From Abditibacteriaceae bacterium (GTDB taxonomy: Bacteria; Armatimonadota; Abditibacteriia; Abditibacteriales; Abditibacteriaceae), in contig JANMKN010000354.1 of the NCBI GenBank assembly GCA_031372065.1, forward strand, positions 1 to 39,815: a stretch of 39,815 nt of DNA, given 5' to 3'. Below the pieces are notes generated by a model. That model searched no databases, was not told the origin of the DNA, and worked only from the letters and a program-made list of their open reading frames with translations. This document shows positions 25,001 through 34,133 of the stretch, piece by piece. Made by a program: the position numbers and the translations under genes. How positions within the stretch are numbered: position 1 is the stretch's first letter; each line of letters opens with the position of its first letter.

Positions 25001-26167
25001 ATGACTTCACAAGACCAAAAGAACGAGCAAAACCCCGCCGACTGGCCGACCCGCGCCGTCCAACCCGATTTGAGCCTCGAACGAGCGCAAATTGACGCCT
25101 TGGACACCGAAATTTTGCGTCTGCTCAACGAGCGGATGCAATGCGCGCTGCGCGTGGGCGCTATCAAGCGCGAACACGGCCTGCCGTATTTCGATCCCTC
25201 GCGTGAGAACGCCATTTACGAGCGATTGCGCGCCCGCAATGCCGAAAAATTCCCCGATTCCAAATTGCCGCCGCTGGCGATTACGGCGATTTATCGCGAG
25301 ATTATTTCGGCGTGTCGCAACGCCGAACATCCGGTGCGCGTGGCGTTTTTGGGGCCGTCGGGCACCAACACGCAAGAAGCCGCCGTGCAGTTTTTCGGCT
25401 CGGCTTTCACGCCGATTCCCTGCGGCAATCCCGACGAAGTGTGCAATACAGTCATTCGAGGTTTAGCCGGCGACGAGGAACACGGCGCTGATTATGGCGT
25501 GGTGGCAATTGAAAATTCGATTCACGGTTTGGTATCGCCAACGCTGGATTTATTGGCCGATTCGCCGCTGACGATTTGCGCGGAAATTCAAGTGATGATT
25601 CATCATTGCTTGCTCTCGAACGCCGATTTGGGCAGCATCACGGCGGTTTATTCGCACGAGCAAGCCTTAGCGCAGTGCCGTTCGTGGCTCAGTAATAATT
25701 TGCCCGGCGCGAAATTAGTGCCTGTCACCAGCACGGCGCGCGGCGCGGAACTGGCCTTTGCCGAACGCGGCGGCGCGGCGATTTCTTCGGCTCTGGCGGC
25801 CAACATTTACGGCCTGCAAATCGTGGCGCGCAACATCGAAGACTTAGCCAACAATCGCACGCGCTTTTTCGTGGTCGGCCCGCCCGAAAGCGCGCCCAAA
25901 CCGACGGGCCGCGACAAAACTTCGATGTCGTTTCTCGTTTCGCACAAACCCGGCGCCTTGGCCGATGTCTTGGAAGTTTTGCGCGGTCACGGCGTCAATC
26001 TCTCGATGATCCAATCGCGCCCCAACCGCCAGCAAGCATGGGAATACCGCTTTTTCGCCGACCTGCAAGGCCACGCCGGAGACGAACCCGTCAAAACCGC
26101 CTTGGACGACCTGAAAAACCACACCGTCAGCTACAAAGTGATGGGCAGCTATCCCGAAGCGTCGTAA
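25001..26167 (+). CDS. pheA: Chorismate mutase / prephenate dehydratase (P-protein)
   Basis: RAQIDALDTEILRLLNER, VAFLGPSGT, IENSIHG, YSHEQALAQC, NRTRF, KTS...KPGAL and IQSRP...WEYRFFAD. Confidence 0.96.
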   Translation: MTSQDQKNEQNPADWPTRAVQPDLSLERAQIDALDTEILRLLNERMQCALRVGAIKREHGLPYFDPSRENAIYERLRARNAEKFPDSKLPPLAITAIYREIISACRNAEHPVRVAFLGPSGTNTQEAAVQFFGSAFTPIPCGNPDEVCNTVIRGLAGDEEHGADYGVVAIENSIHGLVSPTLDLLADSPLTICAEIQVMIHHCLLSNADLGSITAVYSHEQALAQCRSWLSNNLPGAKLVPVTSTARGAELAFAERGGAAISSALAANIYGLQIVARNIEDLANNRTRFFVVGPPESAPKPTGRDKTSMSFLVSHKPGALADVLEVLRGHGVNLSMIQSRPNRQQAWEYRFFADLQGHAGDEPVKTALDDLKNHTVSYKVMGSYPEAS

Positions 26168-26185
26168 GCGTTCAAAGTTCAAGGC

Positions 26186-26521
26186 GCCGTTTTTCGCTTG
26201 TCCGGCCCCGTTTTTCGAGTGAGACAAGCCGTTTTTCGCTTGCGAGAGGCTGTTTTTCGAGTGGGACAAGCCGTTTTCGCTATCTCACACGTTGTTTTTC
26301 GAGGCGCACACCCTGTTTTTCGTATCGAACTGCTTGTTTTTGGATGCTGACCGCTTGTTTTCGCTATCTGTCGCCCTGTTTTTAGAATGTGACTGCCTGT
26401 TTTTGGATGCTGACCGTCTGTTTTTCGATACAGACAAGCTGTTTTCGCCATCTGCCGACCTGTTTTTGCTATCTCACCAGCCGTTTTTCGATGCTGACAA
26501 GCCGTTTTTTGAATCGCGTTG
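26186..26521. repeat. Degenerate tandem array, 16 units of exactly 21 bp
   Basis: Every unit begins (g/c/t)(c/t)(c/t)gtttt, usually followed by tcg or cg, then 10-11 variable bases (e.g. gccgtttttcgatgctgacaa, cctgtttttggatgctgaccg). No indels over 336 bp. Confidence 0.92.
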
Positions 26522-26578
26522 CTTGATACGCCCGTTGGCAATATTTGCCCAACAACCATATCATCTACTCCCTAAAGC

Positions 26579-26611
26579 AAAAGGGAAGCGCCAACCTCGC
26601 TTCCCTTTTTT
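26579..26611 (+). terminator. Intrinsic terminator after pheA and the array
   Basis: aaaagggaagcg-ccaacct-cgcttcccttttt hairpin with a T run. Confidence 0.8.
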
Positions 26612-26657
26612 ATTATGAATGCTCCAAACTAAAGCCGGAAATTTACGGAGGCAAGGC

Positions 26658-28802
26658 ATGGTTCGCTTCACAGGGTGGTTGGTTTTGGCGTTACTCGTTT
26701 TATCAGGCACGGCTCGCGCCGCTGACCTGTTTGATCCCGATAATCTGATTGCGGCTCTTGAAGGCGCGGTGGGGAAGGCTTACAAGGAAGCCTCGGCCAA
26801 ATTGGAGGCGGCCAAAACGCCGCTCGAAAAAATCAACGCGCTCTATCAGCGTTCCAAGGCACCCGTCAAAGTGGTGAGCGCTTTCGTAGAGATTAGCGAT
26901 TGGCAACGCGCCAATTCCGATATTGATGAGGCGTTGAACCTCCTTTTTCACTACGAACTCGATAATCAAACTGAGCTGACTGGAAGGTCGAATTTATATT
27001 TTCAAAAGGGTTTCATCGCGGTGGCGCTCAAGAAGTATAAGGACGCGATTGCGGCCTACGACCAAGCCGAACAATTCGGCTACGCCAAAGAACACAACGG
27101 TAATGGTGCGGAGTTGTGGAACAATCGCGGCAATGCGCGCTTTAACCTGCATCAGGCGGCTGCCGCCCTCGCCGATTACGAGGTCGCCATAGGTAAAGAC
27201 GACACGGCATCGCGCCGCAGATTGCGCGCAAAGGCACGTTTTGAAGTCGGCGATTACGATGGTGCCATCACCGATTGGCACAAAGCCAAAGAACTCGACC
27301 CGAAAACCCCGGATGCGCCCTTTGACCGCGAGTTGATTCGCTTTAACAAAGCTATCGCCGAGCTGCCGAATAGCCCGGATCGGTTTCAGTCCCGCGCCGA
27401 GTTTTTGCTCAAACAAGCCGAGGCGCTCCCTGATGGCAGCGATGGACATTCCCCTTTTGATGTCGCCAATGCACTGTTTGGCGATGGCGGCACGCCCAAA
27501 AAGCCCGACGCCAAACTGGAAAAACTGCGCGCGGCGCTCTCCGATTTGGACTACGCCGTAGAGATTGAACCGGATTCGCCGCTGCCTTACCTTGAACGCG
27601 CCCACGCGCGCACCGTTTGGCTGAAATTGCCTTACGGTCAAGGCGAACGCAACTTCGCAGATAACGCGCCGCTGGACGATTACGAGCGCGCTCAGAAAAT
27701 TGATCCGACCTTCGCCCGTGCATGGTTTGGTGCGGCCTTGTTTCGCGCCGCCCCGCCGCGCGCGAAAAACATTGATTTGGTGAGTTTGGCAGGCGACGAA
27801 AAAGAGGCCCGATTGAATGAAATCCGCGCCGCCATCGCCGGTTTCAGCCGCGCCATTTATTGCGCGCCGACTCGCAGCGGCGAAGCGCATTTTCAGCGCG
27901 CCCTGCTGGAAAGGCAGTTGTCCACGCCCGATAGCAACACGCTGTTTACCGATTACAGCATCGCCATCGAACAGAAAATGGCGCCTTCTGCTTTGTTTTG
28001 GACAAGTGGCCTCGACACCGATGAGGCGTTAGTCGAAGCCTACTCGCGCCACGCGGAACTTTCAGTGACTCGCGGCAGCTTTCAAAAGGCGCTGGACGAT
28101 TTGGACGCCGCGCTGAAATTAGACGAGAATGCTTCGTTGTTTTTTCAACGCGGCAGACTGCGCGTGCGGGGTGGCAACTACGACGGCTCTATCGCCGACT
28201 TGAATGAGGTTATTAAAAGTAATCCGCGTTTTGCGGACGGCTATTTTTGGCGCGCGGTGGCTCGCGACGGCAAAGGCGAAATCGAAGCGGCGCGCGGCGA
28301 TGTGCAAGAACTCCTCAAACTCGACGAAAGTTACGCCAAGCGATTGAAAGGCTCGCGCTACGATGCACAAAACCCAACGCAGCGCGGCATCGCGCCCAAG
28401 CCCAACACACCAGACGCGCCTAAAATTCCAACCGGCACCGCGCTCGAACACAAAAAAGCTGGCAATGATTTGTTGTTAAAAGAAGATGTGCCTGGAGCTT
28501 TGGCCGAATACAACGCGTCGCTGCAAATTGACCCCGATTTCGCCGACGCGCTCACCAATCGCGGTAGCATTTACCGCGAAGACGGCAAAGTTGATCTGGC
28601 CTTAGCCGACTTCAATCGCGCCCTCGAAATTGATGCCAAGCATAGTTTTGCCTACTACAACCGCGCCTTGCTGTGGCGCGATTTGGGCGACGCCAAACGG
28701 CAACGTGCCGACCTTGAAAAAGCCATCGCATACGCCGCCAACGACGGCATCAAAGCCGACGCCGATGCGGCACTGAAAACTTTGCAAAAAGCCGGGGAAT
28801 AA
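26658..28802 (+). CDS. Secreted multi-TPR protein
   Basis: Signal peptide MVRFTGWLVLALLVLSGTARA; many TPR motifs (WNNRGNARFNL..ALADY, ALTNRGSIY..ALADFNRALEID, AYYNRALLW). Alternative start at 26619. Confidence 0.88.
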   Translation: MVRFTGWLVLALLVLSGTARAADLFDPDNLIAALEGAVGKAYKEASAKLEAAKTPLEKINALYQRSKAPVKVVSAFVEISDWQRANSDIDEALNLLFHYELDNQTELTGRSNLYFQKGFIAVALKKYKDAIAAYDQAEQFGYAKEHNGNGAELWNNRGNARFNLHQAAAALADYEVAIGKDDTASRRRLRAKARFEVGDYDGAITDWHKAKELDPKTPDAPFDRELIRFNKAIAELPNSPDRFQSRAEFLLKQAEALPDGSDGHSPFDVANALFGDGGTPKKPDAKLEKLRAALSDLDYAVEIEPDSPLPYLERAHARTVWLKLPYGQGERNFADNAPLDDYERAQKIDPTFARAWFGAALFRAAPPRAKNIDLVSLAGDEKEARLNEIRAAIAGFSRAIYCAPTRSGEAHFQRALLERQLSTPDSNTLFTDYSIAIEQKMAPSALFWTSGLDTDEALVEAYSRHAELSVTRGSFQKALDDLDAALKLDENASLFFQRGRLRVRGGNYDGSIADLNEVIKSNPRFADGYFWRAVARDGKGEIEAARGDVQELLKLDESYAKRLKGSRYDAQNPTQRGIAPKPNTPDAPKIPTGTALEHKKAGNDLLLKEDVPGALAEYNASLQIDPDFADALTNRGSIYREDGKVDLALADFNRALEIDAKHSFAYYNRALLWRDLGDAKRQRADLEKAIAYAANDGIKADADAALKTLQKAGE

Positions 28803-28803
28803 A

Positions 28804-28838
28804 AAACAGGCCGCCTGATAAATTCAGGTGGCCTGTTT
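28804..28838. terminator. Bidirectional terminator between convergent genes
   Basis: aaacaggccgcctga / tcaggtggcctgttt hairpin. Confidence 0.8.
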
Positions 28839-28848
28839 GGTTAAAAAG

Positions 28849-29685
28849 TTATTTGCCGTAGCCGGTTTTCGGCGAGCCGTCGTCGTTGATTTTATCGAGT
28901 GCCCATAAAACGCTGCGCGCTACTAAATCAAGATAACGGTCATCTTTCACCGTCGCGTTGTCGTGGCCGAGGCTGGTGGTGAAAACGCGGGTTTTCTTTG
29001 GCCCGTATTCATTAGTCCACACGATGACGGTGTTATTCTTGATAACCTCGTCTTTATCGGCGTCGCCTTTTTCCTGCGTGCCGCGTGCTAAAGATTGGGC
29101 GCCGTCCCAGATGTTCTTTTTGATGTTCCAATACAATTCTTCGGGGCCGGTTTTCCAATCGGTCATGCCTTTGGTAATCGGGCTGTTGGCATCGGGCAAA
29201 AAGTGGATGTCAATTGGCCTTTTGGCGCCGTGACCGGGCGATTGTAAGCCGAGATATTCAAACCACGCGGCGCGTGGTTCGCCTTTTTCGGCGAGTTTTT
29301 CGCGGTTGCCGCTGCGATAAGCGTGAACGGAGCAATGCAAATTCACGCCGGGAATGCCGTCGAAATGTGGCTTTAATACGCCTTCGATAACTTTCGGGTC
29401 GTTGATGTCGCCGGCGCATTCATCGTGAATGACGAGATCAAAGCCTTTGGCGTAATCGGGATTGCCGTAAATCGGCAGTTTCGGCGCGCGACTGTCGTCG
29501 TCAACGTGTATTTGCGTCACTTCGATGTTGAGGCGTTTTTCCAGACCTTCTTTAAGAATGTCCTTTTGCGCCTTGTAATCGTGACAGCAGCCGCCAGTAA
29601 TCAGCAGCGCTTTTATCGGCACTGGTTTGTCTTGTGCTAAGGCGGGCAGGGCTAAGGTAGCGAGTAGGGCGAAGGTGAGTTTCAT
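28849..29685 (-). CDS. Secreted ThuA-like (class I GATase-like fold) protein, paralog 2
   Basis: Signal peptide; KALLITGGCCHDY, IHDEC, NLHCSVH, EELY and WTNEYG..RVFTTSLGHDN. Confidence 0.85.
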   Translation of the reverse strand: MKLTFALLATLALPALAQDKPVPIKALLITGGCCHDYKAQKDILKEGLEKRLNIEVTQIHVDDDSRAPKLPIYGNPDYAKGFDLVIHDECAGDINDPKVIEGVLKPHFDGIPGVNLHCSVHAYRSGNREKLAEKGEPRAAWFEYLGLQSPGHGAKRPIDIHFLPDANSPITKGMTDWKTGPEELYWNIKKNIWDGAQSLARGTQEKGDADKDEVIKNNTVIVWTNEYGPKKTRVFTTSLGHDNATVKDDRYLDLVARSVLWALDKINDDGSPKTGYGK

Positions 29686-29696
29686 GGTGGATTAAC

Positions 29697-29765
29697 CCCA
29701 TCCCCGGCCCTTCCCCTTTTGCCGTATCAAGGCGGGCGCCCTCTGGGCAGGAGGCCGAGGATGGG
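29697..29765. repeat. REP-like GC-rich imperfect palindrome between the ThuA paralogs
   Basis: cccatccccggcc (29697-29709) pairs with ggccgaggatggg (29753-29765), one mismatch. Confidence 0.55.
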
Positions 29766-29768
29766 ATT

Positions 29769-30593
29769 TTACTTGCCGTAACCGGCTTTAGGCGTGCCAT
29801 CGTCGTTGATTTTATCGGTTGCCCACAAAATGCCGCGCGCTACCAAATCCAGGTAGCGGTCGTCTTGCACGGTTTGGTTGTTGTGACCGATGGTGGTCGA
29901 AAAAACGCGCGTTTTCTTTTCGCCGAATTCGTTTGTCCAGATGGTCACGCTGTTGTTTTGGCCGAGTTTGTCGCCCGAAAATTGAATGCCGCGTGCCAAA
30001 GGTTTGGCGGTGTCGAAGATTTGGATGTTGTTGTAAAGCTCTTCGTTGATGGTCGTCCACGCGTTCATGCCCACTGTGATGGGGCTTTTGGTTTCCGGCA
30101 AAAAGACAAGCGCAATAGGCTTTTGCGGGCCGTGCCCGATAGATTGCAAGCCCATATATTCATACCAACGCGCATTATCGGCGCCTTTTTCGACGGGCTT
30201 GCCGTAATCACCGAAGCGATAACTATGCATGGCGCAATGCAAATTGATGCCGGGAATGCCGTCCATGTGCGGTTTCAGCACACCTTTGATGGTTTCCGGG
30301 TCGTTGACATCTGCGGCACATTCGTCGTGAATCACGATGTCGTAGCCCTTGGCGTAATCGGCGTTGCCATAAAGCGGCAAATCGGGTTTGGTGCTGCCAT
30401 TATCGGTGTGCATCTGCGTGACCACGATATTGAGGCGCTTTTCCAAGCCTTCTTTGAGAATGTCTTTTTGCTTTTTGTAATCGTGACAACAGCCGCCGGT
30501 TAAGAGCAGGGCTTTAATCGGCGCCGGTTTGTCTTGCGCGAAGGCGGGAAGGGTCAACGTCGCCGCGAGAAGTGCGGTTAATGCAAATTTCAT
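29769..30593 (-). CDS. Secreted ThuA-like protein, paralog 1
   Basis: Signal peptide; KALLLTGGCCHDY, IHDEC, NLHCAMH, EELYN and RVFSTTIGHNN; SD ggaga; clearly homologous to 28849..29685. Confidence 0.85.
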   Translation of the reverse strand: MKFALTALLAATLTLPAFAQDKPAPIKALLLTGGCCHDYKKQKDILKEGLEKRLNIVVTQMHTDNGSTKPDLPLYGNADYAKGYDIVIHDECAADVNDPETIKGVLKPHMDGIPGINLHCAMHSYRFGDYGKPVEKGADNARWYEYMGLQSIGHGPQKPIALVFLPETKSPITVGMNAWTTINEELYNNIQIFDTAKPLARGIQFSGDKLGQNNSVTIWTNEFGEKKTRVFSTTIGHNNQTVQDDRYLDLVARGILWATDKINDDGTPKAGYGK

Positions 30594-30657
30594 GAAGGAA
30601 TCTCCGTTTGGTTTTTCGGCTTGTTTAGAAAGAAAATGCTCCGCTGTGTGGCAGAGT

Positions 30658-30790
30658 CAGAAATAGGAACGCGGATTTCATACGCGGAAACGGCTTTGAT
30701 GGACGCGAGAAATTGAAATATAAATCCTTCCAAAAAGCCGCGCAAACCTGCATCGTTTCCAAGTAACGAAGTTCCGCGTTTCTATTTCTG
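30658..30790. repeat. Degenerate long inverted repeat, family copy 2 (related to 6826-6954)
   Basis: cagaaataggaacgcggatttcatacgcggaaacg pairs imperfectly with cgtttccaagtaacgaagttccgcgtttctatttctg; the left arm matches ggaacacagatttcatacacggaaacggc of copy 1. Confidence 0.7.
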
Positions 30791-31630
30791 TTACGCAAAT
30801 TTTGATTTCACGAAATTGAGGCCTTCGCGCGCCAAAACCAGCGGATCGCCGGTTAAATCGCGCCACACGCGGGTGGCAGCGGCCAATTCGGGCAAGCCGG
30901 AGCCGAAACTTTCGATAACAATAGCCGCGTCATAGTTGTGTTCTTGTAAAGTGCGCGCCCAATCGTCCCAGCGCACTTGGCCTTTGCCTGGCGTGCCTCT
31001 GTGGTTTTCGCTGGCGTGGACATGAATAATCTGGTCGCGGTTTTTCGTCCATGCGGCACTGGAATCTTGCTCCTCGATGCCCTGATGAAAGGTGTCGGAA
31101 TGCACGCCGACAAAGGGATGATTGATAGCGCGAGTGGTCGCGGCGGCATCGTCCAACAAATTCAAAAAATGCGTTTCAAAGCGATTGAGCGGTTCGACGG
31201 CGAGTTTTACATTGGCGTTTTGGGCGTGTGGCGCTAATTGCTGCATTCGTTCGATATAGCGATGGCGTTCGTCTTGTGTGGGCGCCACGCCGGTAAACGA
31301 GCCAACCGGATGATAAAGCGGGCCGCATAAAACGGTGGCGCCCAGTTGCGAGCAGACATCTATGGAGCCTTTGAGGAAATCCATGCCGCGTTGTGCTTCG
31401 CCTGCATCAGCGGAAATCAAACTGGCATCGGCGGGCAACGCGCTACAGCCTGCGGCGGCAAGGCCGTTATCGTCCAATAGTTTTTTGATGTCGGCAACGG
31501 GAAAACTGGCGGGCGCGAAAATCGGGATTTCGACTAAATCATAGCCAAAACCGCGCAGTTGTTTTAAAAGTCCGGCGTGGCTGGCATCGGGATTGGCCGT
31601 CCACAACATCAAATTCATTCCAAATTGCAT
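30791..31630 (-). CDS. Sugar phosphate isomerase/epimerase, D-psicose/D-tagatose 3-epimerase-like
   Basis: GYDLVEIP, LCGPLY, LAVEPLNRFETHFLN, HSDTFH, HVHASENHRGTPGKG and IESF metal-ligand motifs. Confidence 0.88.
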   Translation of the reverse strand: MQFGMNLMLWTANPDASHAGLLKQLRGFGYDLVEIPIFAPASFPVADIKKLLDDNGLAAAGCSALPADASLISADAGEAQRGMDFLKGSIDVCSQLGATVLCGPLYHPVGSFTGVAPTQDERHRYIERMQQLAPHAQNANVKLAVEPLNRFETHFLNLLDDAAATTRAINHPFVGVHSDTFHQGIEEQDSSAAWTKNRDQIIHVHASENHRGTPGKGQVRWDDWARTLQEHNYDAAIVIESFGSGLPELAAATRVWRDLTGDPLVLAREGLNFVKSKFA

Positions 31631-31734
31631 GAAAAATCTCCTGAAAAAGTCGCGGCGAAAAAGAACGGGTCATTTAATTATGACCGAACAAGGCGCGTTC
31701 TCAAAGTGAACGAATTGAAAACCGTTGGAGTAAT

Positions 31735-32412
31735 TCAGGACGAAATTTTAGGCGCCGTGCGCAACGGGCGCACGATAAAAAAAGCGCCCGCTGCCCAAAT
31801 TAGTCCCCCACACCAACCACCCAAGACATCGGAGGGATAATGCACGCCCAAATAAATGCGCGATAATCCAATTAAAAAAACGGTAGGCGGCGCCAAAATC
31901 AGCGCGGGCAGGCGCCATTTGGTTGGCCAGAGCAAAACGACAACGGCAAAGCCTAACGCAGCGCTAATCATGGAATGGCCGCTGGGAAAACTAAAGCTGC
32001 TTTCCGGCAAAATCGAAGTCCACAAATCGGGTCGCACGCGTCCGAAATACATTTTGACGAGGCCGTCCATCAAGCCCGCGCCCAAGACTGAAATTCCTAA
32101 ATAAGCCGCGCCGCGATTGTTGTGAATGTAATGCAAAAGCGCCACAGTGCCAGCCAGCATCGGCCAGGCGACCCAATAACCTAACTTGGTGGTCCATAAC
32201 ACAACAAAATCTTTTTTCGCCGAAGCGTGATTATGAACGGCGTGCAGAATTTGCTCATCAAAGGCCCAATTGTGCTGCTTATGCACACCTTCCATCAAAT
32301 CTTCCAGCAAGGCCAACGGCACAATCATGCACACGAATAAAATCAAAAGTCCCACACGATGGCGCCATAATAAACCTTTGGTTGAGTGCAGAATTGACTT
32401 GAATTTTTCCAT
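31735..32412 (-). CDS. PAP2 family membrane phosphatase
   Basis: KMYFGRVRP, SFPSGHS and SRIYLGVHYPSDVLGG motifs. Confidence 0.93.
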   Translation of the reverse strand: MEKFKSILHSTKGLLWRHRVGLLILFVCMIVPLALLEDLMEGVHKQHNWAFDEQILHAVHNHASAKKDFVVLWTTKLGYWVAWPMLAGTVALLHYIHNNRGAAYLGISVLGAGLMDGLVKMYFGRVRPDLWTSILPESSFSFPSGHSMISAALGFAVVVLLWPTKWRLPALILAPPTVFLIGLSRIYLGVHYPSDVLGGWCGGLIWAAGAFFIVRPLRTAPKISS

Positions 32413-32509
32413 GAATCTTTAGCGGATGAGAGCAGCCTTTGCTGGGATGGCTGCTTGGGCACCAAGAATCATGCCGCGAAAGAGAGAGCAACTTATTTGT
32501 TTTGAAACA

Positions 32510-33925
32510 TTACAAAGCCGCTGCGAGTTCGGCGATTTCATCGCGCATGGATTGTTCGATGCGCTTGGCTTCGGCCTCGGTTGTCGCTTCGCAAATGACA
32601 CGCACAAATGGCTCGGTGCCCGACGGGCGAATGTGCGCCCAACTGGTAGCGTCGCCGTCTTTGGGCCACAGAAATTTCACGCCGTCTTGCTCGTCAAGGC
32701 GCGCGGTTTTTTCTTTGGCTTTGAGCCACTGCAAAAGCGCGGGCACTTTGTCGTTCGGAAATTCGACGGTGCTTTTGCGGTTGAAAAAACGCGGAATCGA
32801 GCGATGAATCGCGCCGGAATTTACGCCTTCTTTGGTCAGAAAATCGAGTGTTAAACCGATGGCTGCAATACCATCGCGGCCAAATTGGATGTCGGGAATA
32901 ATCACGCCGCCATTGCCTTCTCCGCCGATAACGGCGCCGACTTCGTGCATTTTGCCGCTGACGTTGATATCGCCGACCGGAGCGCGGAAAACCGGGCAGC
33001 CAAACGGCTTGGCGACGGCTTCGACGGCCATCGAAGTGCTTAAATTGGTGACAACCGGGCCTTGTTTGTGGTTTTTCAAAATGTGCGCTACAGCCCACAC
33101 CAGCGAGTAATCTTCGCCGATAAATTCGCCATCGTTGGTGACAATCGCCACGCGGTCGGCATCGGCATCATGTGCGAAACCGATATCGCCGCCATGTTCT
33201 TTAACCGCCTCGCAAAGCTGCACCAAATTCTGCGGCAGCGGTTCGGGATTGTGCGGAAAAATGCCGTCCAACTCTTTGTTAATATGCACTAATTCGCAGC
33301 CGAGAATTTCCAAAAGGCGCGGTGAAATCGTGTTGCCCGCGCCGTTGCAGCCATCGAGAACGACTTTGTAATTCTTGGCGCGAATCGCTTCGACATCCAC
33401 AAAATCCAGCACTTTTTGAATATGCCGCTCGGTTGCAGAAACATCGTTTTCGACGCTGCCCATTTTGTCCCACTCAGCAGAATGGAATTCTTTGGCATCG
33501 CGCTTGCGCAAAAATTCGGTGCCCATTGCTTTGTCGAGATACATTCCGTTTGGCTGGAAAAATTTCAGCGCGTTCCAATCGGCGGGATTATGCGAAGCGG
33601 TAATGCAAAGCGCGCCATCGGCCTGATGAAATGGAATGGCAAGCTGCAAAGTCGGCGTGGAAACAATGCCCAAATCAATGACGCGGCAACCGCTGCCGAT
33701 TAAAGCGGCAAGGGCGGCGTGACGCATCATTTCGCCCGAAGTGCGCGTGTCGCGGGCCAACAAGACCAGCGGTTGCGTGCGATGGCTTTGCAGGTCTTTG
33801 TCCCATAAATAAGCGGCATAGGCGCCGACAAATTCCAAAGCGTGGGCGGGTGTCAGGCTTTGCCCGACAACGCCGCGAATGCCGGAAACCGAAATCATCA
33901 AACGAGAAGAATGCGAAGTGTTCAT
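32510..33925 (-). CDS. Alpha-D-phosphohexomutase (phosphoglucosamine mutase / PMM-PGM family)
   Basis: SGIRGVVG, ARDTRTSG, ITASHNP (phospho-Ser), DADADR (metal loop), GGEGNGG and IRPSGTEP; start set to MNTSHS (ATG 33925). Substrate not resolvable from motifs. Confidence 0.92.
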   Translation of the reverse strand: MNTSHSSRLMISVSGIRGVVGQSLTPAHALEFVGAYAAYLWDKDLQSHRTQPLVLLARDTRTSGEMMRHAALAALIGSGCRVIDLGIVSTPTLQLAIPFHQADGALCITASHNPADWNALKFFQPNGMYLDKAMGTEFLRKRDAKEFHSAEWDKMGSVENDVSATERHIQKVLDFVDVEAIRAKNYKVVLDGCNGAGNTISPRLLEILGCELVHINKELDGIFPHNPEPLPQNLVQLCEAVKEHGGDIGFAHDADADRVAIVTNDGEFIGEDYSLVWAVAHILKNHKQGPVVTNLSTSMAVEAVAKPFGCPVFRAPVGDINVSGKMHEVGAVIGGEGNGGVIIPDIQFGRDGIAAIGLTLDFLTKEGVNSGAIHRSIPRFFNRKSTVEFPNDKVPALLQWLKAKEKTARLDEQDGVKFLWPKDGDATSWAHIRPSGTEPFVRVICEATTEAEAKRIEQSMRDEIAELAAAL

Positions 33926-34081
33926 AATGAAAACCTTGAAAAAGGCGGCGATAGTGTAGCCAAAAAGAAGTGAACGCCGCGAAGGAGGCTGCCGTCGCAG
34001 GGTGCCTTGAGTGAGAAAATTTCGTAAAGTCAATGAAGAGTTGCCCGGAATTGGCGATGACTTCTTTCACTCAGAAAAAAC

Positions 34082-34119
34082 AACGAGGGCTGAAAAGCCA
34101 AACGAGGGCTGAAAAGCCA
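34082..34119 (+). repeat. Perfect 19-bp tandem direct repeat directly upstream of an RBS
   Basis: aacgagggctgaaaagcca x2; each copy contains a ggct-gaaa-agcc stem-loop; followed by caggag and ATG 34134. Confidence 0.85.
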
Positions 34120-34133
34120 CAGGAGAAACAATC

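Noticed and set aside
26186..26521. CRISPR array interpretation of the 21-bp repeats
   Set aside because: The period is far too short, the constant part is only about 8-10 bp and degenerate, variable parts recur, and no cas genes are in the window.
26179..26618. ORFs 26179..26559(-) and 26292..26618(+) as confident genes
   Set aside because: Both are translations of the repeat array with no clear SD or recognisable domain; kept only as an alternative hypothesis in the findings.
17271..27890. Long antisense or alternate-frame ORFs such as 17271..18044(-), 20697..21320(-) and 26994..27890(-)
   Set aside because: They are shadows of well-supported genes in GC-rich DNA and carry no motifs of their own.
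34021..34133. c-di-GMP-I riboswitch suggested by GAAA tetraloops
   Set aside because: The required P1/P2 architecture and tetraloop receptor are not evident; only short duplicated hairpins are seen.
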